Shown one piece after another: positions 10,527 to 18,734 of a stretch of DNA of 64,000 bases. Origin of the DNA: an uncultured candidate division Zixibacteria bacterium (GTDB taxonomy: Bacteria; Zixibacteria; MSB-5A5; GN15; FEB-12); NCBI GenBank assembly GCA_963735035.1, contig CAVTJJ010000004.1:1216001-1280000 (forward strand), in the 5' to 3' direction. The notes beneath the pieces are model-generated. The model was not told the DNA's origin, searched no databases, and worked only from the letters and a program-made list of their open reading frames with translations. The position numbers and the translations under genes were made by a program. The stretch's first letter is position 1; each line of letters opens with the position of its first letter.

Positions 10527-12572
10527 ATGATGATGTCAGGCAAGACAGACGAAAGATTCGGCGTAGTGGTCTGGGTATATTGTGCCACTCTGGTGGTGAT
10601 AGTGGCCTCGTCGTTTGTTCCTGATCTCCGTCTCTGGGGATTCAACTGGTACGCCTACTTTCCCTGGTATTGGCTGGCATTGTTGGCGGTGGTTGGCGTC
10701 GGTGCGCTAATAATCGCCCTTCAAATGAAGGGCAGTGTCGCCGCCGAAGATACTGGCACGAGATCGTTCAAGACGTTTTGGCTCACGGCATCACTTCTGA
10801 CCGCTTTCTTTGTCATGGCGTTCTTCCTATTTTCTGCCCGCACGCATTTCCTCGGCGACGGGTATCAGTTGCTCGCCTCACTGCAAAGCGGTGTGAATCA
10901 CAAGCCGTGGGAGATGGGGACCTTCATGGTTCAGAAGTGGGTCTACTCGCTCTCGGGCGGAGGAGGGGAGAAGTCGGCCGAACTCGCTCTGCAGCTTGTC
11001 TCCTGTATTGCCGGAGCGTTGTTTGCTCTGGTCAGTGCCTTTGTGGCGTCGCGCCTATTCGCGAGCTATATTAGACGACTCCTGTATCTTCTGGGTGCCA
11101 CTACCGGCGGGTATGCGCTGCTCTTCTTCGGCTATTTCGAATCTTATCCACTTTTTGTCTTGTCGGTGGGCTGTTTGTTTCAAGTCGGCCTGCTTGTAGT
11201 GCGAGACAAATTATCGCGCTGGTATATCCTGCCGTTCCTGGCTGTCGCGGCATTCTTCCATATATTCGTCGTAGCGTTGTTGCCAGCGGTCATCTATTTG
11301 CTCCTGAGGGATACCGTCGTTGGGAAACGGGTTTCAAGTGCAAGTGTTCGAACAAAGACAATCGCGGTGACCGCTCTGATACTATTTGCCGTCGCGACAT
11401 TCGCGCACTTCTACTATCACTCGCTCTTCTTCAGATTCACTATCGTTCCGCTTCTAACCGATCGCAACACGGTCGAAGGGTACACGCTCTTCTCGGGAAA
11501 GCACCTGCTCGACTATCTGAATCACCTCTTCCAGTTGTTCCCCGGAATGGCCGTGGCATCAGTCGCCTTATGGCCTGTTCTAAGAAGCCAGGCGATACGG
11601 CGTTCGGATGTTATCTACGTGCTCTTGTCGCTTCTACCGTCAATGGGTCTCGTCTTCATCTTCAATCCCGGCCTAGGGTTTCCTCGTGATTGGGACCTGT
11701 TCTGTTTTGTGGGCGTACCACTGGTGTGTGGCGCGTTCTACCTGCTTCTTGACGAAGCACGGCCTTCAAGCTCCGGAGTCAGTGGAGCAGTGCTGTCTGT
11801 GGCTTTGGGCCTTCTGATCCTGGCGCCGAGAGTTGCGAGTCAGTACATCCCCGAGACGAGTATAGCCGTGTTTGATCGATACGCGCAGCTCGACCGAGTG
11901 AAGAACAGCACGGGTCGTTATCTCGTACGGCAGTATCTGGAAAGCCGCGGCGAAGCCGAAGAAGCAGAGCGGAGGCGCGTGCTGGATAACGCGACCCTAC
12001 CGGAAGGGGAATGGATCGACCAGGCCGGCCGTTTGATTGCCGAGGGGAAGGTTGACGAAGGTATTGTCTTGCTGCGCAAGGCGACGGTCTCTGATCCGAC
12101 CCACTATGCGGCCTGGGGGAATCTTGGCATTGCGTATGGCATCCTTGAGATGAATGATTCCGCGGCGCTGTTCCTCGAGATCGCCGACGCTCGCATGCCG
12201 TATAACGCCGAGGTCAAACGCAATCTTGGCAGCATCTACTTTGCAGAGGGCAAATATGAATCAGCCGAGCGATTGTTTCGTGAATCAGCCGCGATAGCAC
12301 CAGACAATCCGAAGACCATAGTTCGGATGCTCCTGCTGTATGAGAAGCTCGGTCGGGAAGCTGACCTACTGGCACTTCTTGATGCTTCTCAGGCAAAGCA
12401 ATTATCGAGTGTTCTGCTACTGATGGAGTCAGCTGAGCTCGGTATGAAATCCGGTGAGGACGCCGTGGGTGCGGCGCTGCTTCGGCGGGCGCTCAAGATG
12501 GGTGCGGACACAAATACTATCTGCGAACTGCAACGTCGCTACCCCCGGATTCACCTGATCAATTGCCCGTGA
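10527..12572 (+). CDS. Polytopic membrane protein with C-terminal TPR repeats, paralog 2
   Basis: Collinear with paralog 1 and shares long identical peptides (SLQSGVNHKPWE, FNPGLGFPRDWDLF). Start is one of ATG 10527/10530/10533. Confidence 0.7.
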   Translation: MMMSGKTDERFGVVVWVYCATLVVIVASSFVPDLRLWGFNWYAYFPWYWLALLAVVGVGALIIALQMKGSVAAEDTGTRSFKTFWLTASLLTAFFVMAFFLFSARTHFLGDGYQLLASLQSGVNHKPWEMGTFMVQKWVYSLSGGGGEKSAELALQLVSCIAGALFALVSAFVASRLFASYIRRLLYLLGATTGGYALLFFGYFESYPLFVLSVGCLFQVGLLVVRDKLSRWYILPFLAVAAFFHIFVVALLPAVIYLLLRDTVVGKRVSSASVRTKTIAVTALILFAVATFAHFYYHSLFFRFTIVPLLTDRNTVEGYTLFSGKHLLDYLNHLFQLFPGMAVASVALWPVLRSQAIRRSDVIYVLLSLLPSMGLVFIFNPGLGFPRDWDLFCFVGVPLVCGAFYLLLDEARPSSSGVSGAVLSVALGLLILAPRVASQYIPETSIAVFDRYAQLDRVKNSTGRYLVRQYLESRGEAEEAERRRVLDNATLPEGEWIDQAGRLIAEGKVDEGIVLLRKATVSDPTHYAAWGNLGIAYGILEMNDSAALFLEIADARMPYNAEVKRNLGSIYFAEGKYESAERLFRESAAIAPDNPKTIVRMLLLYEKLGREADLLALLDASQAKQLSSVLLLMESAELGMKSGEDAVGAALLRRALKMGADTNTICELQRRYPRIHLINCP

Positions 12573-12573
12573 A

Positions 12574-13398
12574 CTAGGGATTCGTCGATGAGTCCGCTCT
12601 ATTGATACGATTCCGTTTCATATTCATCAGATAGATCAACAATCCGCCGGTAAACAGCCCATAAGATACCAACTGGTTCCAGGTCGGGTTCATCCCCCAC
12701 AACGACAAATGCATCTCGCTCTCGTAATATCGAACGTACTCAATCGCCCAGCGAAAGACCGCCTCGACCATCAGGAATATGGCCACGGCCTGGCCGATGA
12801 AGCGTCGATGCTTCACGAGAAAATGCAGGGCTATGAAAAGTCCCAGGCCGTAGAGGGAACTGTAAATCTGCGCGGGGTGGAGATGCTGCGACCCGAAGAT
12901 ACTGGCCGGGATCGAGTCCGGTGGGAAAACCACCCCCCAGGGAAGGTCGGTGGGGGTGCCAAAACAGCAACCGTTCAAGTAACAGCCGATGCGGCTTATC
13001 CCGATGCCTAGCCCGAGGGCCGGAGCGAAATAGTCAAATACGTCCAGGACTTGCAGGTGTTTGATACGGGCGTAGACGAACGAACCGATCATGGCCAGCA
13101 TGACGCCGCCGTACAGGTTTAATCCGGCAATGCCGAACTGACCCGACTGGAATGGGTTGATGATGCCCAGAAGGTTGTTGGAAAAATCGGCCCAGTGGAG
13201 CACCACATAGAACAGCCTGGCTCCGATGATGCCGCCCAGGATCATGATATAGGCAAACGTGAGGTAGATGTCGAACGGTTTCCGGTCGCGGGTTGTCACC
13301 TTCTGGATATAGAATACACCCACCAGAAACGACAACGCCAGCATGAGTCCGAAAGAACGAACAGGGATAGGACCGATATGAAACAACTCAGGGCACAT
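12574..13398 (-). CDS. lgt: Prolipoprotein diacylglyceryl transferase
   Basis: GARLFYV, LYGG, RIGCYLNGCCFG, HPAQIY, EYVR motifs. Confidence 0.93.
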   Translation of the reverse strand: MCPELFHIGPIPVRSFGLMLALSFLVGVFYIQKVTTRDRKPFDIYLTFAYIMILGGIIGARLFYVVLHWADFSNNLLGIINPFQSGQFGIAGLNLYGGVMLAMIGSFVYARIKHLQVLDVFDYFAPALGLGIGISRIGCYLNGCCFGTPTDLPWGVVFPPDSIPASIFGSQHLHPAQIYSSLYGLGLFIALHFLVKHRRFIGQAVAIFLMVEAVFRWAIEYVRYYESEMHLSLWGMNPTWNQLVSYGLFTGGLLIYLMNMKRNRINRADSSTNP

Positions 13399-14320
13399 CT
13401 TGCGTCCTTATTACGTTAGATACATTCACGGCGATAATTCGCTCGCTCGGCCGCTCCAGGAACTTCCATACGATCCATACCGAAATCGCACCGAGCAGCG
13501 CGCCGATCACCATATCGCTCATATAATGGAACCGGCCCCAGAAAGTTCCGAGTGCCAGCCCGGCCGCAATCGGTAGCAGCCACCATGCAGCGCGTCGGTA
13601 GTAGCGAAAACAAAACATCAATGTCACCAGGGCCACGCCCGTATGCGACGAAGGCATTGCGCCGCCCCGGATGGCCGCGTGCTCGATCACAAAATCCACC
13701 AACTTGCGAAACAGCGGGCCTTCGATCGGGTTCACATACTCGCCGGCCAGGTACCAGCGCGGTCCCTCTACCGGATACAACCAGAACAGTAGATAAGAAA
13801 CAAAAAAAGTCAGGCTCGCGGCGGCCAGATAGTCGCGGATGATCTTGTAGTCGCGACGGACAAACGCCGGAATCAGGAAGCCGGGCAGCATCAGGTAATA
13901 ACAGAAATAGCAGAAAGACAGGATTTCAGTCAGCCCCTGGTAGAGCAGATGGCGGTCGATGAGAAGCGTTACTTCTTCACCCAGTAGAGTTCTTTCCCAG
14001 GCTACTACCTGACCGTCAAAGAAATGATCAAAAAGCAGAAAGATCTGTCCTCCGGTCATGCGATAGAAGAAGATGAACATGATGGCGGGATAGAGGATGC
14101 GGAAGAAGGCTTTGGTCCGATTGGCCGTTTCATCTACAAAGCGAACTATCAGGACAGTCAGAAGAGCCATGCCCATATAGAATAGCAGTTCGCCGATGTA
14201 TTCATTCAGGGGTCTTCCCAACATCGCGATAACCAGAAACATAAGGAGGCAATAGGCGAGTACGATCCGGTCGACCGGATACCAGACGACCGGTCTTTGC
14301 AAGGCGGGCTCAGTCGTCAC
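13388..14320 (-). CDS. PAP2-family membrane phosphatase/phosphotransferase (AUR1/PAP2_3-like)
   Basis: YPVEGPRW, AMPSSH, GRFHYMSD motifs, multiple TM helices. Confidence 0.8.
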   Translation of the reverse strand: MTTEPALQRPVVWYPVDRIVLAYCLLMFLVIAMLGRPLNEYIGELLFYMGMALLTVLIVRFVDETANRTKAFFRILYPAIMFIFFYRMTGGQIFLLFDHFFDGQVVAWERTLLGEEVTLLIDRHLLYQGLTEILSFCYFCYYLMLPGFLIPAFVRRDYKIIRDYLAAASLTFFVSYLLFWLYPVEGPRWYLAGEYVNPIEGPLFRKLVDFVIEHAAIRGGAMPSSHTGVALVTLMFCFRYYRRAAWWLLPIAAGLALGTFWGRFHYMSDMVIGALLGAISVWIVWKFLERPSERIIAVNVSNVIRTQDVP

Positions 14321-15023
14321 TCACATCATCCTTGGTCCGATCGGCACCGCCCACGACCAGCACGATCTCTCCCTTGATCGCTCGTTTCGAGATTTGGGTA
14401 GCAATTCCGCTCAGGGTTCCTCGAATGAATTCCTCGAACTTCTTGGAGATTTCACGCGCCAGGCAAGCCGGGCGGTCGCCGAGTACTTCGTGCATGTCGG
14501 TGACAGTCTTGACTACCCGGTGGGGGGATTCGTAGAACACCAGCGTATGGGGGAGTTCGCGAAGTTGCTCCAGCCGTCGGCGCCGAGCTGCGCCTTTGTT
14601 GGAAAGGAAGCCCTCGAAAAAAAATCGGTCGGTTGGCAGCCCGGAAGCGGTAAGCGCTGGAATGATAGCACACGGCCCCGGCAGTGCGACCAGATTGAGA
14701 CCACTGTCGATTGCGGCCCGGACAATTCGGTAAGCCGGATCGGATACACCCGGCGAACCGCCGTCGGAAACCACGGCCACACTGAGCCCTTGGCGTACGG
14801 ATTCCACGAGTTGTTCGGCGCGTTCGCGTTCGTTGAATTCGTGATAGCTTACCAGCCGCTTCGAGATTCCCAATTTATGCAGCAGATTGCCGGAGGTTCG
14901 GGTATCCTCACACGCCACCATATCTACCGAATTGAGAATTTCGATGGCCCGCGCGGTGATGTCGCTCATATTGCCGATCGGCGTCGGGATCAGATAAATC
15001 GTGCCGGGATTGATTGACATCAC
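14310..15023 (-). CDS. rsmI: 16S rRNA (cytidine1402-2'-O)-methyltransferase
   Basis: TPIGNMSDIT, CEDTR, SDGGSPGVSDP, FYESPHR, REISKKFEE. Confidence 0.95.
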   Translation of the reverse strand: MMSINPGTIYLIPTPIGNMSDITARAIEILNSVDMVACEDTRTSGNLLHKLGISKRLVSYHEFNERERAEQLVESVRQGLSVAVVSDGGSPGVSDPAYRIVRAAIDSGLNLVALPGPCAIIPALTASGLPTDRFFFEGFLSNKGAARRRRLEQLRELPHTLVFYESPHRVVKTVTDMHEVLGDRPACLAREISKKFEEFIRGTLSGIATQISKRAIKGEIVLVVGGADRTKDDVSDD

Positions 15024-15033
15024 AGTACCCGTG

Positions 15034-15840
15034 TCAGGTGAGTTGAATGCGGGCAGGCACCGCTGCTCGTCCCAGTGAAGCGAACGGCGGGGGAACGCGC
15101 TTGAAAGCGTTTTTGTTCATGAGCGTCACCACGCGCTTGACATCTTCCGGCCGAAATCCCTCACTTACAAGAGCCGCCAGCGATGTTTCGCCGTCGTCGA
15201 CAATTCGCCTCAGGATGCCGTCGATCTTCTCATAAGTTACGCCGATTTCACCCTCGTCGGTCTGGTCGGCCCAGAGATCGGCGGTTGGCGCCTTAATAAG
15301 AATACTCTCAGGTACTTTCAGCTTGCGAGCCAACTGGCGTACCTCGGATTTGTAGAGTTCGCCGATTGGGTCGACCGAGCAGGCAGCGTCGCCATAAATG
15401 GTCGTATAGCCGAGACAAAATTCCGTGCGGTTACCGGTGCCCAGTACGAGTCGATTAGTCTCATGAGCGATATCAAACAGGATCGACATCCGCTCGCGGG
15501 CCATTTTGTTACCGGCCCGAATCCGGTTCGAGGCGTCGATCTTGGGAAAATAAGCATCCACCATTGGGGCGATCGGGATTTCGCGCCACGGAAGCCCGAG
15601 CGCTTTGGCCAACTCCAGGGCGTCACTTCGGGAATGGGCCGACGACGTGCGATAGGGCATGAGCAGGGCCAGAACCTTATCTGGTCCGACTGCGGTGGCA
15701 GCCAGGGCGGCGCTCAGAGCCGAGTCAATGCCACCGGACAGGCCAACCACGTAACCATCCAGCCCCGAAACAGATAGCTGTTCGGCGATGAACCGTTCGA
15801 TGAATGTGATTGACTTATCCACTGAAAACGTATAATTCAC
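15034..15840 (-). CDS. nadE: NH3-dependent NAD+ synthetase
   Basis: GLSGGIDS, GNKMARERM, GTGNRTE, YTTIYGD, PTADLW. Start moved to GTG 15840 (GGAG upstream, promoter just above); the longer ORF-track start overlaps ssb. Confidence 0.92.
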   Translation of the reverse strand: MNYTFSVDKSITFIERFIAEQLSVSGLDGYVVGLSGGIDSALSAALAATAVGPDKVLALLMPYRTSSAHSRSDALELAKALGLPWREIPIAPMVDAYFPKIDASNRIRAGNKMARERMSILFDIAHETNRLVLGTGNRTEFCLGYTTIYGDAACSVDPIGELYKSEVRQLARKLKVPESILIKAPTADLWADQTDEGEIGVTYEKIDGILRRIVDDGETSLAALVSEGFRPEDVKRVVTLMNKNAFKRVPPPFASLGRAAVPARIQLT

Positions 15841-15861
15841 AGGCGCACTCCCGGGTGCGAC

Positions 15862-15890
15862 ACAATAGCAAAACGGGAGGGTGGATTCAA
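15862..15890 (-). promoter_or_regulatory. Putative sigma70 promoter for nadE-rsmI-PAP2-lgt
   Basis: Minus strand reads TTGAAT-N17-TATTGT, with TG extended -10. Confidence 0.6.
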
Positions 15891-15906
15891 GTGAAATATC
15901 CCTCGC

Positions 15907-15935
15907 TTGACCAGGTGTCGGCGGAGGGTTATATT
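15907..15935 (+). promoter_or_regulatory. Putative sigma70 promoter for ssb, divergent from nadE
   Basis: TTGACC-N17-TATATT. Confidence 0.65.
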
Positions 15936-15967
15936 CGAACGGCAACACTTGATGGAGGTTTGGGGTA

Positions 15968-16393
15968 ATGAGCGTAAACAAAGCGATTTTGATTGGAAAC
16001 CTGGGCCGGGATCCGGAACTGAAATACACCCCCGGTGGCCAGGCCGTAGCGTCATTCTCACTGGCAACGACCGAAAAATGGAACAGCCAGGATGGGACCA
16101 AGAACGAGAAGACTGTCTGGCACAATATCGTGGCCTGGGGCAAACAGGCCGAGCTGGTGAAGGAATATCTTCACAAGGGACGACAAGTCTATATCGAAGG
16201 TCGAATTGACAACCGGAGCTACGACAAGAAGGACGGCTCCGGCAAAGGATACATCTCGGAAGTGGTCGTCCAGAATATTCAATTTCTCGGCAGTCGTCCC
16301 GAGGGCGGCGCGGCCCCGTCAGCCGGTGGCGATATGCCCTCAACGCCTCCGCCTGAAGGATCTACCGGCGGCGACGACGATCTTCCGTTCTGA
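15968..16393 (+). CDS. ssb: Single-stranded DNA-binding protein
   Basis: SVNKAILIGNLGRDPE, WHNIVAWG, C-terminal DDDLPF. Confidence 0.97.
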   Translation: MSVNKAILIGNLGRDPELKYTPGGQAVASFSLATTEKWNSQDGTKNEKTVWHNIVAWGKQAELVKEYLHKGRQVYIEGRIDNRSYDKKDGSGKGYISEVVVQNIQFLGSRPEGGAAPSAGGDMPSTPPPEGSTGGDDDLPF

Positions 16394-16417
16394 GCAGCCT
16401 CTGAACAAGACTCCGCT

Positions 16418-16446
16418 AAAGGCCCTGGTGACAGGGCCTTTCTTCT
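16418..16446 (+). terminator. Intrinsic terminator after ssb
   Basis: AAAGGCCCTG-GTGA-CAGGGCCTTT hairpin followed by CTTCT. Confidence 0.7.
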
Positions 16447-16580
16447 GTGCGTTCATTGCCCAGCGAATGTCGGAAATTGGACTAAGCCGCCTCCTATAAT
16501 TGACCGAATCTGGGGATGACAAACGGACGTGGGTGATTATGTCACCTGTGCCGTCTGAAACACGAGAGGAGAACTTTGTT

Positions 16581-17150
16581 ATGTCTACGTCGCTGGTATC
16601 GACCCAGAATATTTTCGACAAAACCCGTCTTTACCGGAAAGCGGCGTTCATGGGTCTGTCGGCGGTACTGGCCTCGGCGGCCATTATAGCCATCTATAAC
16701 AACACCGTGGGCGGGCTGCTGTCGAGCACTCTCCGAGGCGGTCTGGAACTGGCCGTAATCACGATGATGCCGTACATGATCGCGGCTGTGATCGGCATGC
16801 TGACCTCTTTCGGTGTGATGGCGATCCTGCCCAGCGCCAGAGTAGCCGCCCCGGCGGAACAGATCGTGCACCGTCTGCGCGATGTATCCGACGGCGACCT
16901 GACAGTTCGTATCAGGTTGGAAGCCGACGATCCCCTCAAAGAGGTGGGTGTCGCTTTTAACGCCGCCGCCACCAGTATGTCCGACCGTATCGCTCACTGG
17001 AAAGTGATCAATCGGCAGCAGTGGGGCGCTCTGTGCATGATCCGTCAGGCCATTGAAGAGGGTGACCGCGAACGAGCCCTCCGTCACGTCAGCGAAATGG
17101 AACAGAGCTGGGATAGAATTGCCGAGATCGAACAGCAACTAGTCTGTTGA
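16581..17150 (+). CDS. Small two-TM protein with HAMP domain
   Basis: GAGGAG RBS before ATG 16581. Two TM helices, then P..IVHRLRDVSDGDLTVRIRLEADDPLKEVGVAFN (HAMP pattern). Confidence 0.7.
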   Translation: MSTSLVSTQNIFDKTRLYRKAAFMGLSAVLASAAIIAIYNNTVGGLLSSTLRGGLELAVITMMPYMIAAVIGMLTSFGVMAILPSARVAAPAEQIVHRLRDVSDGDLTVRIRLEADDPLKEVGVAFNAAATSMSDRIAHWKVINRQQWGALCMIRQAIEEGDRERALRHVSEMEQSWDRIAEIEQQLVC

Positions 17151-18185
17151 TTCGACGCCCAGCTTCTTCTCGATTTTCCGGACTCGCCTGAGCAACTCAG
17201 GGAGTCGCGCCAGCGCGGCGTCGATCCGCATGGTTTCCATCGCTTCCCTGGCAGGAGAACCGAACACGCTCCTGCCGGGGGGGATGGATTTGGCTACGCC
17301 CGATTGCGCGCCCACTCGTGCCCCGTCGCCAAGCTCAATATGTCCTACCAGACCGGCCTGCCCGGCCAGGATTACTCCATTGCCGAGCTTGGTCGAACCG
17401 GAAACACCCACCTGGGAGACGATGATACAATGCTGGCCGATTTCAACGTTATGGCCGATCTGCACAAGGTTGTCGATTTTGGTGCCGCGTCCGACTTTAG
17501 TGGGGCCGAGCGCGCCACGGTCGATGGTACTATTGGAGCCGATTTCGACGTCGTCCGCGATCTCTACCCATCCGACCTGCTTGATCTTCTTAAGTCCCGT
17601 CGGTGACTCAGCGAACCCGAATCCGTCCGAACCGATCACCACGCCGGGGTGCAATATGACCCGGTCGCCGATGCGGCAACCTTTCATGATCCTGACACCG
17701 GGGTAAATCAGGCTATTGCTGCCGAGCTTGACATTCTCACCCAGAAAGACCGACGAGACCAACTGGCATCCGGGGCCCACTACAGCGCCACGGCCGACGT
17801 GACACAAGGGCCCAACTGCCGCCGTGGGGTCTACCGACGCTTCCGGGTCTACAACTGCTGTTGGGTCGATACCGGCCGCCAGGAGCGGCTTGTCCGGATA
17901 GAGGAGATCGACAATCTGAGCGAATGCAAGATAGGGATTGGGATGGCGTAAGACCGGAAGGCGGTCACACGGCACGGCCGGTGCGAGAACAACCGCACCG
18001 GCCGTGGTGGTATCCAGAAATTTGGTATACTTGGCGTTGGCGACAAAGCAAATTTGCTCAGGTCCGGCCAACTCAATGGGGGCGGCGGATCGGACAATTA
18101 CCTGACCGTCGCCTTCAATTTCGCCGCCGACTCTGGCAGCCAGATCAGCCAGGGTGAAGTCCTGGCTATTGCTCGAGGGTTTCAA
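17139..18185 (-). CDS. lpxD: UDP-3-O-acylglucosamine N-acyltransferase
   Basis: Hexapeptide repeats, IGSDGFG, TIDRG, KIDNLVQIGHNV. TTG start overlaps skp. Confidence 0.95.
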   Translation of the reverse strand: MKPSSNSQDFTLADLAARVGGEIEGDGQVIVRSAAPIELAGPEQICFVANAKYTKFLDTTTAGAVVLAPAVPCDRLPVLRHPNPYLAFAQIVDLLYPDKPLLAAGIDPTAVVDPEASVDPTAAVGPLCHVGRGAVVGPGCQLVSSVFLGENVKLGSNSLIYPGVRIMKGCRIGDRVILHPGVVIGSDGFGFAESPTGLKKIKQVGWVEIADDVEIGSNSTIDRGALGPTKVGRGTKIDNLVQIGHNVEIGQHCIIVSQVGVSGSTKLGNGVILAGQAGLVGHIELGDGARVGAQSGVAKSIPPGRSVFGSPAREAMETMRIDAALARLPELLRRVRKIEKKLGVESTD

Positions 18186-18714
18186 GCTTCGCCAGCACCT
18201 TTTCGGTCAGGTCGTACGATGGCTTGATGTAGCCCAGTCCGGATTGAAGCGTGAAGACTACGTCGTAGCCGCCTTCTTCCGCCACCAGTTGAATGGCTGA
18301 GTTGACTTTATCCAGGAGGGGCTTGATCAGCTCCATCTGCTTGGTCTCGGCGGAGCCGCTGGGACCGTAAACCTGTCGGGTATACGCATCGAGCGCGTCC
18401 TTCTTGACTCTGATGGCCGCCTCGCGCTCTTTCTTCTTGTCTTCGGATAGGATCAGCTTCTGCTTGTCATATTCCTGTTGCAACTCGTCCAGTTCGGTCT
18501 GCTTGGCCGCGGCCTCGTCATCCCAGGCCTTCATTTCGATATTCATCTGCTCCTGTGCCCGCGACCATTCGGGATAGGCGGCTTTGATCTTTTCGTCGTT
18601 GATGAAGCCTATTTTGACACCCTGCGCATGCGCCTGGTCGCCCGACACCAGAAAGAGCGGGGCCAGGGAAAGAAGGGTGAGCATCAGGTTCACTACACTG
18701 CGCATCCTTATCAC
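18166..18714 (-). CDS. skp: OmpH/Skp periplasmic chaperone
   Basis: Signal peptide, KIGFIN, coiled coil, GYDVVF...DLTEKVL. Lies between bamA and lpxD. Confidence 0.9.
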   Translation of the reverse strand: MIRMRSVVNLMLTLLSLAPLFLVSGDQAHAQGVKIGFINDEKIKAAYPEWSRAQEQMNIEMKAWDDEAAAKQTELDELQQEYDKQKLILSEDKKKEREAAIRVKKDALDAYTRQVYGPSGSAETKQMELIKPLLDKVNSAIQLVAEEGGYDVVFTLQSGLGYIKPSYDLTEKVLAKLETLEQ

Positions 18715-18734
18715 TCCTTTTGTTGAATAAGCAA

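Noticed and set aside
15841..16143. N-terminal extension of NadE in the ORF track
   Set aside because: It overlaps ssb and both divergent promoters. GTG 15840 has an RBS and gives a normal-length protein. Similar over-extended starts were trimmed for smc, yjbQ, maf, dtd and the 23887 lipoprotein.
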